From contig NC_068983.1 in NCBI RefSeq assembly GCF_001194135.2, positions 164,165,235 to 164,229,234 on the forward strand: a DNA stretch of 64,000 bases, given 5' to 3'. Every line of letters starts with the position of its first letter. The stretch's first letter is position 1. Of the stretch, positions 26,681 to 39,675 are shown in pieces. A program made the position numbers and the translations under genes. The stretch comes from Octopus bimaculoides (taxonomy: Eukaryota). The notes under the pieces are model-generated. The model had not been told where the DNA came from and did not search any database. It saw only the letters and a program-made list of their open reading frames with translations.

Positions 26681-27264
26681 AGGTTTCCTAAAGCATGGAA
26701 TGTCACCCTACAATCCAAGGTTCTTTTTCTGGTTATGTGACACTGGTGTACATTACAGCTGTGAACTCACTTTATTTGCCAGGTCTATTGTTATATTGTC
26801 ATTATAGGGTAGGTTTGAAAGGTCAGATCTGTCCAGTTTGAACATAAAACAGAGAATATTTGGGCCTGATATAGCTGGTTTAAATGCTAAAGGGTTGATT
26901 ATATTTAGGATGTCACCTGCTTCATAATTAGACAGTTATGAAAGCAGAAGAATATTGGATGATTAGAACAGAAAATACCCGAACCACATTGACATTTGCT
27001 GGAAGACAAATAATGACATTAATTTGGGAGGAATATAATAATTTTTTTCCATTGGCAGGTATGTGGTACAAGTACAGGTGAGTTTTTCTCTCTTCTTGGA
27101 GACTTAATCAGAGAGAATATGGCCTTTCTGAATTTGCAAAATAAGCAAACATACATGCACACATTTTCCGCAACACTTCACCCACATCTAACTATACCTA
27201 ATCAGCTTAGTTCTTAATGCTTGATTACTTTTCATTTATACAAACACACAAACACATGCACACA

Positions 27265-27320
<56 letters not shown>

Positions 27321-27845
27321 TACATATTATATGTTTATACACATTCATTATTCCTTACACAAGAATATCATTTACCGTGATTCAATGATGGCTTAACTTG
27401 CCATGACTTCGAAGTCACTGTCAATATTATTCTAGTTTAAGAATAATAAATTATTACCCTATGAAATTATAGAGTAAACCAACGAATTAAGGTAAAATTG
27501 TTTTTATAATTCAAAATAAATACAAACAGAAAGATATATTTTTCAACAGATAAATACTGAAAGAACAGCCTTTGTAGAACAAAATCCTTACAGAGCAGAA
27601 AAATCTGTCAGCAAGCAACAACAGATTTTCCCGCTTTGTAAGGATCTTTTTCTACATGTGCTGTTCTATCAGTACTTATGCATTGAAAGATATATCCTTC
27701 TTTGTGTACTACAATACATTTCAGCGCTTCAAAACAAAAGAAACAAACAGACAGATGTTAGTTTACATATGACATAAATACAAACATTTATATAACTATA
27801 TATATGCATATGTATACAACTATTATTATAATTTATGATACAAAC

Positions 27846-30800
27846 CTCTTTTAATTCAAAGGATTCTTCTTGAACCATCTCCAGTTCCTCTTTTAATACA
27901 ATGTTCTCCTGTTGAAGAAAAACAATATCAATTCCTGTTATGCTTGTCTGGCTTTCTTGGGCAGTTTTCTCAACATCATACTTCTTCAATTTCTCCAACT
28001 TCTCAAATTCGATTCGCAGATTATGGGTTTCTGTCTTCTCAAGTTGTAAACTTTCTTTTAGATTTTCAATTTCTTGTTTTAATTGTTTAAATATTAGATA
28101 AATTCTATCAGAAATGTTTTCTTTAAAACAAGTATACTTCTCTAGTAAGTTCTGAAATTCTTGATTGTTGGCACTTGAAGAAATCACTTTTAAAAACGTT
28201 TCTTTGAAATGTTGATTATTATCATTCATCTCGTCATCCTCAGCAGCTGTGTCACTTCTGGAATTTCTGTGTGGATTTTTGCAATTCATACGACAGAGGC
28301 TACACTGGTGGAGGTTATGTCCATCCTTGTTCAAAGAATCATATTTTGTTCCTTTCATTACTAAATCTTTACAATTATCTTCAAGATTTCTTATATTTGA
28401 AGATGTTAGAGAATGGTAAATTGTTCCATTCGAGGATTCAGTTCTTTTAGGAGATGAGTTTTCTCTCAGCAGTGGAGAATCTTTAGTTTGATGGTTTATT
28501 TTACTAATTAAAGAATTTGGTGAATCCGTACCACAAGAATAGTTTGAAACTTTGGTATTATTACCATTCAGTTTGAAATTCGAATGTTCTTCTGTTTTAA
28601 TAGTTTTATAATAGTCTGTTCTAGTCCAAGGTTTCCAGAGATGACCTCTCCTTAAAGGCGAAACATTAGACGAAAAAGGAGAGTAACTCTCACTTGGACG
28701 AAAAATTTTATTGCTTTCTTGTAATGTGTTATTACTTGACTGAAATGTTGAATGTTCCGGTTTTATTTGCTGTTCGGTCATTTTTTTACCATCATTAACA
28801 ACTTGCTGGTGCTTGGAATTTTCCAAAGAGTTAATTAATGAAGGCTGGTTTTTATTCTGTTCCTGTAATCTTCCTGTACTCAAATTAAAATCAGTTTTAT
28901 TAATGCTGGAAGTAGTTGAAAGCTGACAATCACCAGTCGGGGAATTTCCTGGTATCTCCACACTTTGTACAGTGTCTTCAAATGAAGAATTAGAATTGTT
29001 CAATGATGTTCTTCCAGTTTCCATAGCATTCACTTTTTCCTTAAGTTTTCCAATTTCTTCACAAAGAAATTCAATCTTCTCTGATGTAAGTCCCGATGGA
29101 TGTTGCTTGTTAAAACCATCTTGAGAATTCAATTTGACTGTGATTACTTTACCAGTCTGATTTTCCGGAACTTCAGTACATCTATCATGATTACCATTAT
29201 TTAATGCTTCATCAAGACATATTGGCTGACCAATATTTTCTTTACCTGTTCTATCTTTAATAGAATTTCCCTGATTCACATTTATACAAGGTGCCAAGTA
29301 AATTCCGTCGACTATTTCCCCGTCATGTTGGTAATGAGGAAATGGCTGTGATAGAGTTGATGTTTTGCTAGAAATTTTAAAGGGTAAAAACGTAGGCAAG
29401 TACTGTTGGGGAGAGGGTGGAAAGGGTGGAGGAGATGTTAAAGGTGGAGTTGGCGGCACAAGTTTATCTTTTACACTTTCTTGGACAATGCCCCCATTAG
29501 TCTGTTCTGTGTCATTGTTAGTCAAAAGAATCTGATTTTCTGAACATGATGGCAAATTTGAACTTTGATTAAAAGAATGATTTTCGAATGATAAAAGAGG
29601 GGAAGCCACCTGGGAAATGGGAGCAGGTAATTCGGTGCTTTGCAGGAGAAAAACTTTTTTACATGTGTATATTCCATTATCATTAGAAGATGCATCTTTG
29701 ACAGATGCAGCAATATCTGAAGATGTTACCGTGAGAGAACTGCTAACATCATTATTTCTCATTGAAGATGTTTTCTTTAAATCAGTGAACTGTCTATCTG
29801 AAGAAGATTGCTTTCCATTCTCTTCAGATCTGGGAGAATAACTTAGCAAGTATTTTTCAGAATATCCTTCAGTTTGTTGATTCCTGCTAACGTCTGTTGC
29901 AGGATTTTTACTCAGTTGTAATGTTGAATAGGAATAAAAATAGGGGCTTGATGGTGAGTTTAAGGCATTCTTTTGGCAAGCCTGTGTTTCTGGCCAAAGA
30001 TCTCCTTCATGAATGGAAGAATAACTCAGTGTCAGACCAGATTCTGTCTTTGTTGACATTCCACTATTTTCTGTCATTGTCGTTGTTGTTGCTGTTGTTG
30101 TTGTTGTTGTGAGTGGAAAGGATGATGATGACGATAATGATGATGATAGTGATGAAGAAGATGGTGGTGATAATGATCTAGATGACATTAGCTTCTCTCT
30201 TGTTGATGATGATGATGATGTCAGTATAGGTAGAACTAATGTAGACACCATGGTTTGTTTTGTTAAACCTGAAGATGTTTGAAGACTGTTAATTGTTGAA
30301 GGTGAACAACTGTTAACGGTCGTGCAGGCAGTGTTAATGATGCCAGTCGATATGTTACTCACTCCTGTCGATGGATGATCACTGAGAGCTGTAGATGTTA
30401 TTTTACTGCTGAATACAGGTTCAGTATCATACGCAGTAGTCGTCTGGGTCGTATCGGCCATTTTAGAGGGAGAAATATTGAGAGACTTGGATGTAACATT
30501 GCTGGTATTTGTTGATAAAATTTGGCTGTTATTTTCTGACAGTGACTTGTCGTAAGATGGGGGGGATTTACTGGTATTGTTGATGTTAGTTGTTGGTTTT
30601 GACTTAAATGCTGTAGCTGGGTAGACAGACCCCCTTGGGACAGGACTCTCCTTACCATCCGTGGTCGATGAAGCATCAAAGAATTTCGATCTTTTTCCAT
30701 AACTCTGGCTAAAAGAAACATCATTTATTGCTTTTTGTGCCGGTTCATTGGCGTTAGTAGACAAAGTGGGAGTCGTACTTGAAGAGAAGAAATTCTTAAT

Positions 30801-30926
30801 ATTTGGAGCATTCCTATTTTGGAAAATGCTTTTGTCTGAAGTATTCCTCGGAGTTGGAGAAGACAGTTTGTGGGTTGATAAGTAGCTCAATTGCTTTCTT
30901 GGAGAATTGTAGGATTTATTTTTAAC
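27846..30926 (-). CDS. Large internal coding exon (3081 nt, 1027 codons, phase 0-0) of an uncharacterised Ser/Thr/Asn-rich protein; coiled coil begins at its C-terminal end
   Basis: Part of the stop-free 1124-aa ORF 27729..31103. Polypyrimidine tract and acceptor ttttcttcag|GTTAAA at 30926; donor GAG|GTTTGT at 27846; length divisible by 3; ends with heptad-like IFKQLKQEIENLKESLQLEK...LKEELEMVQEESFELKE. Confidence 0.87.
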
Positions 30927-31269
30927 CTGAAGAAAATAAAAGAAAAAAGTCATATTAAACAGGATTGTTATGAAAATAAAAGAAGGCATTACCATTCTTG
31001 TTATAACCATTGTTGTTATCATCTTTGTCACCGTTGTCATTGCCATAAACATTGACGTCATCGTCATCGTCATTATCATTGTCATCATCATCATCATCAT
31101 CAACGCTTCCTTTCCTCCCCCTCCCCTCCCCCACCCCCATCATTAGTCATAAGAATCATTATTTCCATTTCACTTCTCAGAGCTCTCGATTTTTACTTGA
31201 TTCTGTGAGAGCAGACAGCAACCTGCTGTCAGGGCTTTCAAAAGGTCTCTCTCTCCCCAATACCTAAAG

Positions 31270-31440
31270 CCCATGGACCAATCTCAAAATCCTCACTGGC
31301 CCCAACAGCAGTTTCCTGAGCATGTCATACTCTCGTGTCAATCCCAATTTCTCCAAAATGTTTCTCAAACCTAGTTATTAATGTTCCCTTTGCCCCTACA
31401 ACTACTGGGATGACAGTTACTCCCTTCGTTGCCCATATTC
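31270..31440 (-). pseudogene. R4/Dong-like (restriction-like endonuclease, RLE) LINE C-terminal remnant
   Basis: W..KGVTVIPVVVGAKGT...RFEKHFGEIG...LLG.VRILR pattern across frames. Confidence 0.65.
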
Positions 31441-31511
31441 GTGTGATTTCATCTATTAGTTAGTGGCTTATATTTTCTTCAAGCTTTCCAATTATTATTA
31501 TTATTATTATC

Positions 31512-31543
<32 letters not shown>

Positions 31544-31569
31544 CATCATCATTATTATTATTACCTTTG

Positions 31570-32072
31570 CACAGCTTCTGATGCTGGAGATGTACTACGG
31601 TGTCAGCTGTTCACTACCAGTGAACTAAGGTAACACCTCTTATTTTTCAAGCACCTTCTGGAGTATTCGAGCGGTTCCAAGCAGTGCTGTTTTCTGCAAG
31701 TGATCCACCCTTATTGCAGCCCCTATTTGTTCCACGTACTTCTCAAGATTTTTTACTCACTGTTCCTTGGGCTCCGACAATTATTGGTACTATTATCACC
31801 TTTTTCATCGACCACAATTGCTTAACCTCCCAAACTAACCTGTTATATCTATCGACTTTTCTTTCTTCCTTATTGCATACCTTGTTGTCAGCTGGGCATG
31901 CTTATATCTATGATCCAGCATCGTTTGCTTTCTTCCTCAATTAACACTATGTCTGGTTTCCTATTCTCTATCTCATGGTTGCACTGAATCATAAAATCCC
32001 ATAGGATCTTTGCGTCGTTTTCGATGATGCCTTCTGGTTTATGGTCGTACCAATTATTTTCTTTGTCACGTC
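31570..32072 (-). mobile_element. 5'-truncated R4/Dong-like LINE 3' end, flanked by TAA microsatellites
   Basis: WYDHKPEGIIENDAKILWDFMIQCNHEIENRKPDIVLIE...CWIIDIS...W.MKKVIIVPIIVGALGT...QKTALLGTARIL (PD-(D/E)xK-type RLE domain). Confidence 0.88.
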
Positions 32073-32074
32073 CA

Positions 32075-32118
<44 letters not shown>

Positions 32119-32125
32119 TTATTAC

Positions 32126-32161
<36 letters not shown>

Positions 32162-33528
32162 CATTATTATTATAATTTCTCTTTATCACAGGTTTTATTG
32201 GAACACCTGGAGTCTTGACTAAAATTTAGTCAAAGAAAGAAGTCCTGCGTTTCTTTTAATTGAAGACTACTAGCGTTGGTTGACTGGATATCAGGGTTCT
32301 ATCTGTGTTCCAAAGACAGAGGTGCAAATCAAAGAGAATGGTCTCTAAGTACTTGCTTAATCTAGAGCAACCAAATCTGCTCACCATCAAATCCCTTCTT
32401 AAACAAGGCAAGACACATTAGGATATGAAACCCTGTACGTATTATGTCAGAATAAGATGGGGTTGTCATAGCTACAATGCCTCTTAATCACAGGTTTGTG
32501 AGAACTGGTGCTAAACACTGACACAAAGTCATGGATAAATGCTGTGTAACTCTTGTTGGGACCTTGCGTAAGACATATTCGAACCAGGACCCACGTTCTT
32601 CATAATAAAGTTCCTTCGCAGCATTGAAGATACATTGCTATCATGCTGTCTCTATACATTAAAGTTGGTGCAAACCTTGGGAATCCAGCATTATAAAGAC
32701 TATATGTGCTTGCCAATTCTGTCGAAAACCATACACTTATGAACATCTGTATCAGTGTGTACTTAGAAGCAACAAACTTGTAGCCATCATCATTAACAAC
32801 ACTGACAACCACACAGATGACAACATTCCTCATTTTAACCCAACCTTTAACCCTAAAGTATTATTCAAGCACACTCTAGACCTGTCATATTGAATTTGCA
32901 CTGACTTTCAAAGGAGCAAGCCTAAAGGCACTCCCTGAGAATATCAAGAAGACATGACCATCACTTCAGCCTCCCTTGGCAGGAACTGCAACTGGAGCCT
33001 TAATGATCACTTCAAATGTCAGGTCTTACTTACAATGAGAATTCTTTCTGGTAAACACACATCTATGTTTAGCAAATATTGTGTCTCTGTGAAACACTTC
33101 AGCTACCAACAATTACTAGCCCTTTAAAAGAGTATGTGAAGCCTATAATGGTATACTAATCCTGTATCTGTAACAGTGTGGCAGATATATATACAGATAT
33201 ATATATATATATATATATATATAGTCATCATCATCATCATCGTTTAACGTCTGCTTTCCATGCTAGAATGGGTTGGACAATTTGACTGAGGACTGGTGAA
33301 ACCAGATGGTTACACTAGGCTCCAATCTGATCTGGCAATGTTTTTACAGCTGGATGCCCTTCCTAATGCCAACCACTCTGAGAGTGTAGTGGGTGCTTTT
33401 AGATAATCTAAAGAAAGATCACGTGAGTGATTGACCAAGAATCATCCAAGGTCTGATCCCAAAGTAACAGAAACGGTGCCATAAAAAAAAAGACACCTAA
33501 AACACATATTAATTTGACAATTAATCTC

Positions 33529-34340
33529 TGTTGTAATCTGTGAATGTTATAATGCCCAGTCTGGTATAACAGTATAGTTACTAAAACAAGTAAGACCATG
33601 ACTCTCTATGACTGTCTCCTTCCTATACTCCTCTTATACTGACCGATGTCACCTTATTTATAGTGACAAGCACATACCACTCATCACGTGGGATGTCAGA
33701 AGGTATTTTTGGGGAGGACATAATTACTGTAATGCTCATGTTCTCCTTCTGCCAGTTTCCCCAAGATTAAACGCCTTTTCATATCATCATCCCAATCTTT
33801 GCACTCTTTTTTGAAGGTTTGTTCGTATCTTCTACAGGAAACCTCGAAGGTGACTCCTTTATCTGGTTTGTACTTAAACTCTGTTATTGAGTTTGCAACA
33901 TAATCTGGCAAGAACATTTTTTCAGCATTTTCTGACGATTTACTATCCATTAATTGCAGCATTTGTTGCTGTAATAGTAATTGCTGTTGTTGTTGCTGCT
34001 TCTGTTTATGTTCTTGCAGTTGTAGCTGCCGCTGTTGTTGCTCTTTTAGTTGTTGTTGCTCTTTTTGCAACTTGAGCAAACCAACCAGCAAATTTTCCAT
34101 AATTTTACGATTTTTCTTTCCAGAAAATTTGCACAAAAAAACCAAATATTTGTGAGTTTGTTAAATTCATGTTGCCATTGTTGTAATCCTTAACGTTGGA
34201 TTGTTTTAACACCTACTCTGGTATAGCTGTATAGTTGTTAAACCATGACTCTCTATGACTATCTCCTTCATACTTTCCCCTTATACTGACTGATGTCACC
34301 TTATTTATAGTGACTAGCACATACCACTCATCACGTGGGA
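33529..34340 (-). mobile_element. Miniature, internally deleted Ty3/Gypsy LTR retrotransposon: LTR - PBS - gag 5' part - LTR
   Basis: Direct repeats 33529-33693 and 34179-34340 both begin TGTTGTAATC on the plus strand (end in ACA on minus). PBS-like ATGGCAACATG at 34178-34168. Gag fragment ANSITEFKYKPDKGVTFEVSCRRYEQTF...RLILGKL..EHEHYSNYVLP. Confidence 0.8.
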
Positions 34341-34344
34341 GGGG

Positions 34345-34838
34345 TGTACCATTATTACTCTTATCCCCACTGTAATTCCCTTTGAAATAGCTCCCTTCTG
34401 AAACCACACACTTTATCCAGCATCGTTTCCATTGATGGGAGTATTTCAAGAACTCCTCTTTTCAGTTAGCGGGCAACTGCCTCGTTGCATTCGCTTGGAT
34501 TTCCTTGATGTCTCGAAATCTTGTTGAGGTCTTCTCCTGCAAAGAATGAGCCTTGGTTTTGCGGGGTCATAGCCATAGATGCAAAATTTGTCACCTGTTG
34601 TGATGCTTTCCATAAGAATTATTCTCCTTCCTCAACACATTCAAAGAGATCTTGTGCAGTTGAAAGTCAACCTTCTTTTTGAGACGACCTCATCACACTC
34701 TACAAACTTTACTTCCAGACATTTCTTTAAACAATGGTATGCATGTGTTCAAGGTCACTCTGTGCCTAGTGGTTTCACACAGTGTATTTTAGCTCTGTTA
34801 CCATAGCAACAGCACCTACAGTTTTTGATCAGACCTTG
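34345..34838 (-). mobile_element. Internally deleted mariner transposon remnant
   Basis: 5' terminus TA|CAAGGTCTGATCAAAAA at 34838; ITTGDKFCIYGYDP (ITGDE.W..GYDP motif); C-terminal WKRCWIKCVVSEGSYFKG. Confidence 0.8.
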
Positions 34839-35952
34839 TACATAAACTCAGCCTGACCTTTGACCCATAAACGGTTGTCTCCTTTCCTTCTGATCTTTTC
34901 AGCTCCTTCTCCAGTGTTGTCTCCTCTTTAGAGTCAGCTGGTTTCATGCCCCTACCAACTCAGCCAGTCCTTCCAGCTCATTCTTCCATTCTCTTGTCAC
35001 CAGTCTTGTGTCCTACCTCCCACTCTCCTCCCTAATCACTACACCCATATCCTCTTTCTCAGGACATCTGTTCTTGTTTACCAGGCAGCCATTGAGTTAA
35101 GAATAATGGGAACCTTTTTGATGCCAACCCACCTGGAACCACTCCTCTTGGTTTTATGAAACAAACTTCTTGTCTTAAATTGATCTGAATTAAAACCTCC
35201 AATCAATATTTCTTGTTAATTAATGTTCAAGACACCAACTTAATAAAGACGAATTTGTTTGACTCAATTCTTTATTATTTTAAAGATTAATTAAAACAAA
35301 AGCTGCGTGGTTCAACAAAAATATAAATGAGTTTCCTGTCACTGGTTGTGGAGGTCATAACAACCTCTTGCTCCACACCAAATCGATAAAAAGGCATATT
35401 GGAATCACAGATGCATTGCTTGGCCTTAGGCTTTAGCAAAACGAAACCCTCTTTTTGAAACCCTGCATAGAATATTTTTTTACCTATCATTATCATCAAC
35501 ATCATTATCCTCATCATCGACGTCATCGTCATCATTGTTGTCATTGTCATCATTTTAATGTACTTTTCTATGCAAGCATAAGTCACATGCGGTTTGCTGT
35601 GGCAGATTTTCTACAGTAGGATGCCCTTTCTGTCACCAACCCTCACCTGTTTCCAATCAAGGTAATATTTCTCCATGGCCAGACATGTTTTTCACAGAAG
35701 ACTGGAAATGATATAATCATTGCCTGTACAACAATAATACTTGTTTACAGCCATCATGTGTTCTCAAGACAAGGATATGCACAAACACACACACATACAC
35801 AGATATATGTTTATATATATATATATATATATATATAGATATATATATATATATAATCATTAATAAATCATAGGGCAGCAAAAAAAAATTAGAAATTTAA
35901 TTTACCACCAGTGGTCGAGCGAGAATAAAAATTAGTCAATAGACTATATATA

Positions 35953-36244
35953 TATTATTCATTTAAAATACAGAGATGCCTATAACCCGCTAGAAAGAGC
36001 AGCAAAAAACTCTATACCACAAAAATAGGGATAATTTCGAAAGAGAATGAAAAATAAAGACTTTTACCATTTTTATCTTGCTAAATAACTTGAAACCATG
36101 GTACAGAGTATAGACTGGTAAAAGTTTTTATTTTTCATTCTCTTTCGAAATTATCCCTATTTTTGTGGTATAGAGTTTTTTGCTGCTCTTTCTAGCGGGT
36201 TAGATGTCCTATTATAGGCATCTCTGTATTTTAAATGAATAATA
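35953..36244. repeat. Near-perfect fold-back inverted repeat (family F3) with the 3' half of a hammerhead in its loop
   Basis: 35953-36069 pairs with 36116-36244 (one mismatch, one 12-nt insertion). The loop contains GAAA-CCATGG-TA-CAGAG at 36092-36108. The right arm resembles 59218-59340. Confidence 0.8.
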
Positions 36245-36532
36245 NNNNNNNNNNNNNNNNNNNNNNNNNNNNNNNNNNNNNNNNNNNNNNNNNNNNNNNN
36301 NNNNNNNNNNNNNNNNNNNNNNNNNNNNNNNNNNNNNNNNNNNNNNNNNNNNNNNNNNNNNNNNNNNNNNNNNNNNNNNNNNNNNNNNNNNNNNNNNNNN
36401 NNNNNNNNNNNNNNNNNNNNNNNNNNNNNNNNNNNNNNNNNNNNNNNNNNNNNNNNNNNNNNNNNNNNNNNNNNNNNNNNNNNNNNNNNNNNNNNNNNNN
36501 NNNNNNNNNNNNNNNNNNNNNNNNNNNNNNNN

Positions 36533-36591
<59 letters not shown>

Positions 36592-37491
36592 GTATGTATA
36601 TACAATAAGCTTCTTTCAGTTTCCATTGACCAAATCCACCCACAAGGATCATTTGGCCAAGGGCTTTAGCAGAAGACACTTGCCCAAGGTACAACACTGT
36701 GGTACTAAACCCAAGACCATGTTTCTTTACCTCACAGCCATGCTTGTAACAAGCGTCATGCACCTTTTGGAGGCAGAAATTGGCATGTCTTCCCTAAGGA
36801 CTGCTTCTTTAACTGAGGCTGATGAATACCTTACATCAGACCTTTCATCAAAACCCCTTTCTTGTGCTTTTCGTTGCTTTCTTTCATATGGTCCTTCCCA
36901 AGATTCTCTCGGTACTTATACCTGTTGTTATTTTTTGAGAGCAAATACAATTTTAAAGGAGAGATACTCAGCTGTCATTCTGCTCCATCTAAAACTTGTT
37001 TTTTCCATGGAACCTGAATAACAGTTCTGCATTCTGACACAAGAACAGTAATTTTGGGGGTAGGGGTCAGTCAATTACATTGGCCCCAATACTTATTTAC
37101 AACAAAATCAACTCTGAGGGAATTTGTTGTTTAAATGTAGAAATAGACAAAATGTTGGTAAGCATTTTTGCCCAGCATGTTAATGATTCCGCCAGGATAC
37201 CACCCAACTCAAGCCAAAGAGCTCCAATTTTATAAGCTGTCTCTCACCCAACAAGTACCGATATTCTTCAGTTGTTGTAGAACAGTATTAAGATTGTGAA
37301 TCTTACTCAGACTAAGAAGATTCTTTGCCACTTAACAATTTTGAAGTTCCTCAACCTGCTCTTCTCTTTCAAGACAGAAGAGGTTAGCGGCAGTGCATGA
37401 CTATTGATCAAAATGATGCTCTTTCTTTAGAAGTTGCATTCAACAAAAACAACAACAGCAAAAGTAATCATTATCAGTATTATTATTATTA

Positions 37492-37541
<50 letters not shown>

Positions 37542-37558
37542 CATTATTATTATTATTA

Positions 37559-37616
<58 letters not shown>

Positions 37617-37749
37617 CCAGTATTGTGAAAATATAGGAAATCATTATTGTTAACTACCATTGTGCATATATCAGAAATCATTATCATTATAATTAGCAAT
37701 CAAATAACAACAATAATAAAAATGATGATGATCGTGATTATGATGATGG

Positions 37750-37809
<60 letters not shown>

Positions 37810-37993
37810 GGGGAGGGAGAGGGGGGGAGAAGAAGAAGAAGAAGTGTTTTAGATGAAAGTGGTCAAATGGTTTTACAAAGAAGAATGTTACAAATTCAGT
37901 GGTTCAGTAAAAATTCAAATCATTGAGGAATGGGAGAGAGGGGGAGAAGAGAGAGACATGCAGGGAAAGAGGGAGAGGTAAAGAGAAACAGAG

Positions 37994-38035
<42 letters not shown>

Positions 38036-38049
38036 TTCTATAAAACAGG

Positions 38050-38335
38050 GAGATCTAAACAAACGGTGTACGATCATAGACTTGTCAATTCCCTATAACA
38101 GAGTGGATTTCAAAGAAATGGTAAAAATTGAGGGATATCAGGCTCTAGTCAGAGAGCTGGGGAGACTGGAAGACCAAAGGCAAGAGATATTCCTGTAGGA
38201 AATGGTGCTCTTGGCACAATGAATGCCATCTTAAAAGACTGAATGAGATTAGAATTGAAAAACACGTCAATTTTCAGAAAAAGTACCATTCTATATTCTG
38301 TAAGAATCCTAAGGAAAATTCTTGGGTTTTGAGGT
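38050..38335 (+). pseudogene. R4/Dong-like LINE RLE C-terminal remnant
   Basis: KRCTIIDLSIPYNRVDFKEMVKIEGYQALVRELGRL...IPVGNGALGT...KSTILYSVRILRKILG. Confidence 0.8.
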
Positions 38336-38387
38336 GACTTGTTGTCATCAAACATCAAGATAAAATACCCGCTAATTAAATGAGTAT

Positions 38388-38476
<89 letters not shown>

Positions 38477-38747
38477 GCTGCTGCTGCTGCTACTACTACT
38501 ACTACCACTAGTAGTAGTAGTAGTAGTAATAATAATAACCATAAGCATTCTCACAAACATTTCACTGAAATATTTACTGCCAGACATAACGACATCTGGT
38601 GTTGGTTGGTGAATTACAATGAGCAATATAAATGTTTGCTGATTGGGAGAGAGCCAAACTGCCCTGAAATTACAGAATGCTATCTGTGTGACAACATCTG
38701 AATATACAAAGTCAACTTCACAAGCCCTTCCAGTGACAGAGAGCCAT

Positions 38748-38848
38748 GGCTGTCTGCCCTCGGCTGTCTGTCTTTGGTTGTCTGTCCTTGATTGTCTGCC
38801 CTTGGTTGTCTGCTCTTGGTTGTCTGCTCGTGGCTGTCTGCCCCTGGC
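38748..38848. repeat. 14-bp minisatellite, (GGYTGTCTGYYCTT) x about 7
   Basis: Directly visible degenerate tandem copies. Confidence 0.85.
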
Positions 38849-39626
38849 CATCTATCATGGCAAGAATGAAGGTGCATGTTGCTCAGTCACCTTTAACATT
38901 CTGCAATTAATTAATTAATTAGTAATATAGTCTTTTATAGGGTACAAGAAAGAACATTCTAGAAAACAACATCATGCTACAACTTCATGCTGATTGGTTG
39001 TTTAATAGACCAATCATGTGAAACAATGGTGGTTCGCTTGTGGTGTTGATTGATTATTTATCAACCAGGGTTTCAAATCACCTCTACAGGCTAATCAAGA
39101 GAATGCATGAGAATTATTTTAAGAGTATTCATGTGTCTGTGGTATATCCAGCCACTTAAGTTCTTATTCAATGAATTTGTCATTCAGCCAATGAGATGAC
39201 TGAATGCTCATTGTCGCATGTGACAGAGACCCATTTTCTCAGAAGCTTTGTGTAAGAAGGAGACAAGATGCAATGATAGCTTATGGAACACTAAGCTCCT
39301 TGTCTAAAACTCTTCCATCTAATTTATTAAACAGTTACAATTAAAACCACAAACATCAACACACAAACTTCTGTAATATTCCTGCTTGGAATTGTTCATA
39401 TTCAAAGAAAAGAACTTTCTGTTTGATGTTAGTCGACTTAATGGAAAGAAATGTTATTTTCATTTTCCAGCAGTCGATACCTACATTGTCTAGGAGATGT
39501 ATCAACAAACAAATAGTAATATTTATGAAGATGTGTGTGTGCGTGTCTGTGTGTGTATTTTATTTAGGGTGTTTTGTTGTTAATTTTGCCAATAATGATT
39601 ATATACTTATACTTACATACATACAT

Positions 39627-39629
<3 letters not shown>

Positions 39630-39675
<46 letters not shown>

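Noticed and set aside
30927-31103. Met-rich N-terminus of the 1124-aa ORF
   Set aside because: It is a (GAT)n microsatellite and pyrimidine tract upstream of a clear acceptor, so intronic; likewise 27729-27845 lies past the donor.
36763-36914. Protein-like stretch VPRESWEGPYERKQRKAQERGFDERSD on the minus strand
   Set aside because: Poor acceptor context and several equally plausible frames and donors; cannot be supported without transcripts.
38990-39210. Cluster of CCAAT/ATTGG boxes as a promoter
   Set aside because: No TSS, CpG island or other support; short motifs are expected by chance.
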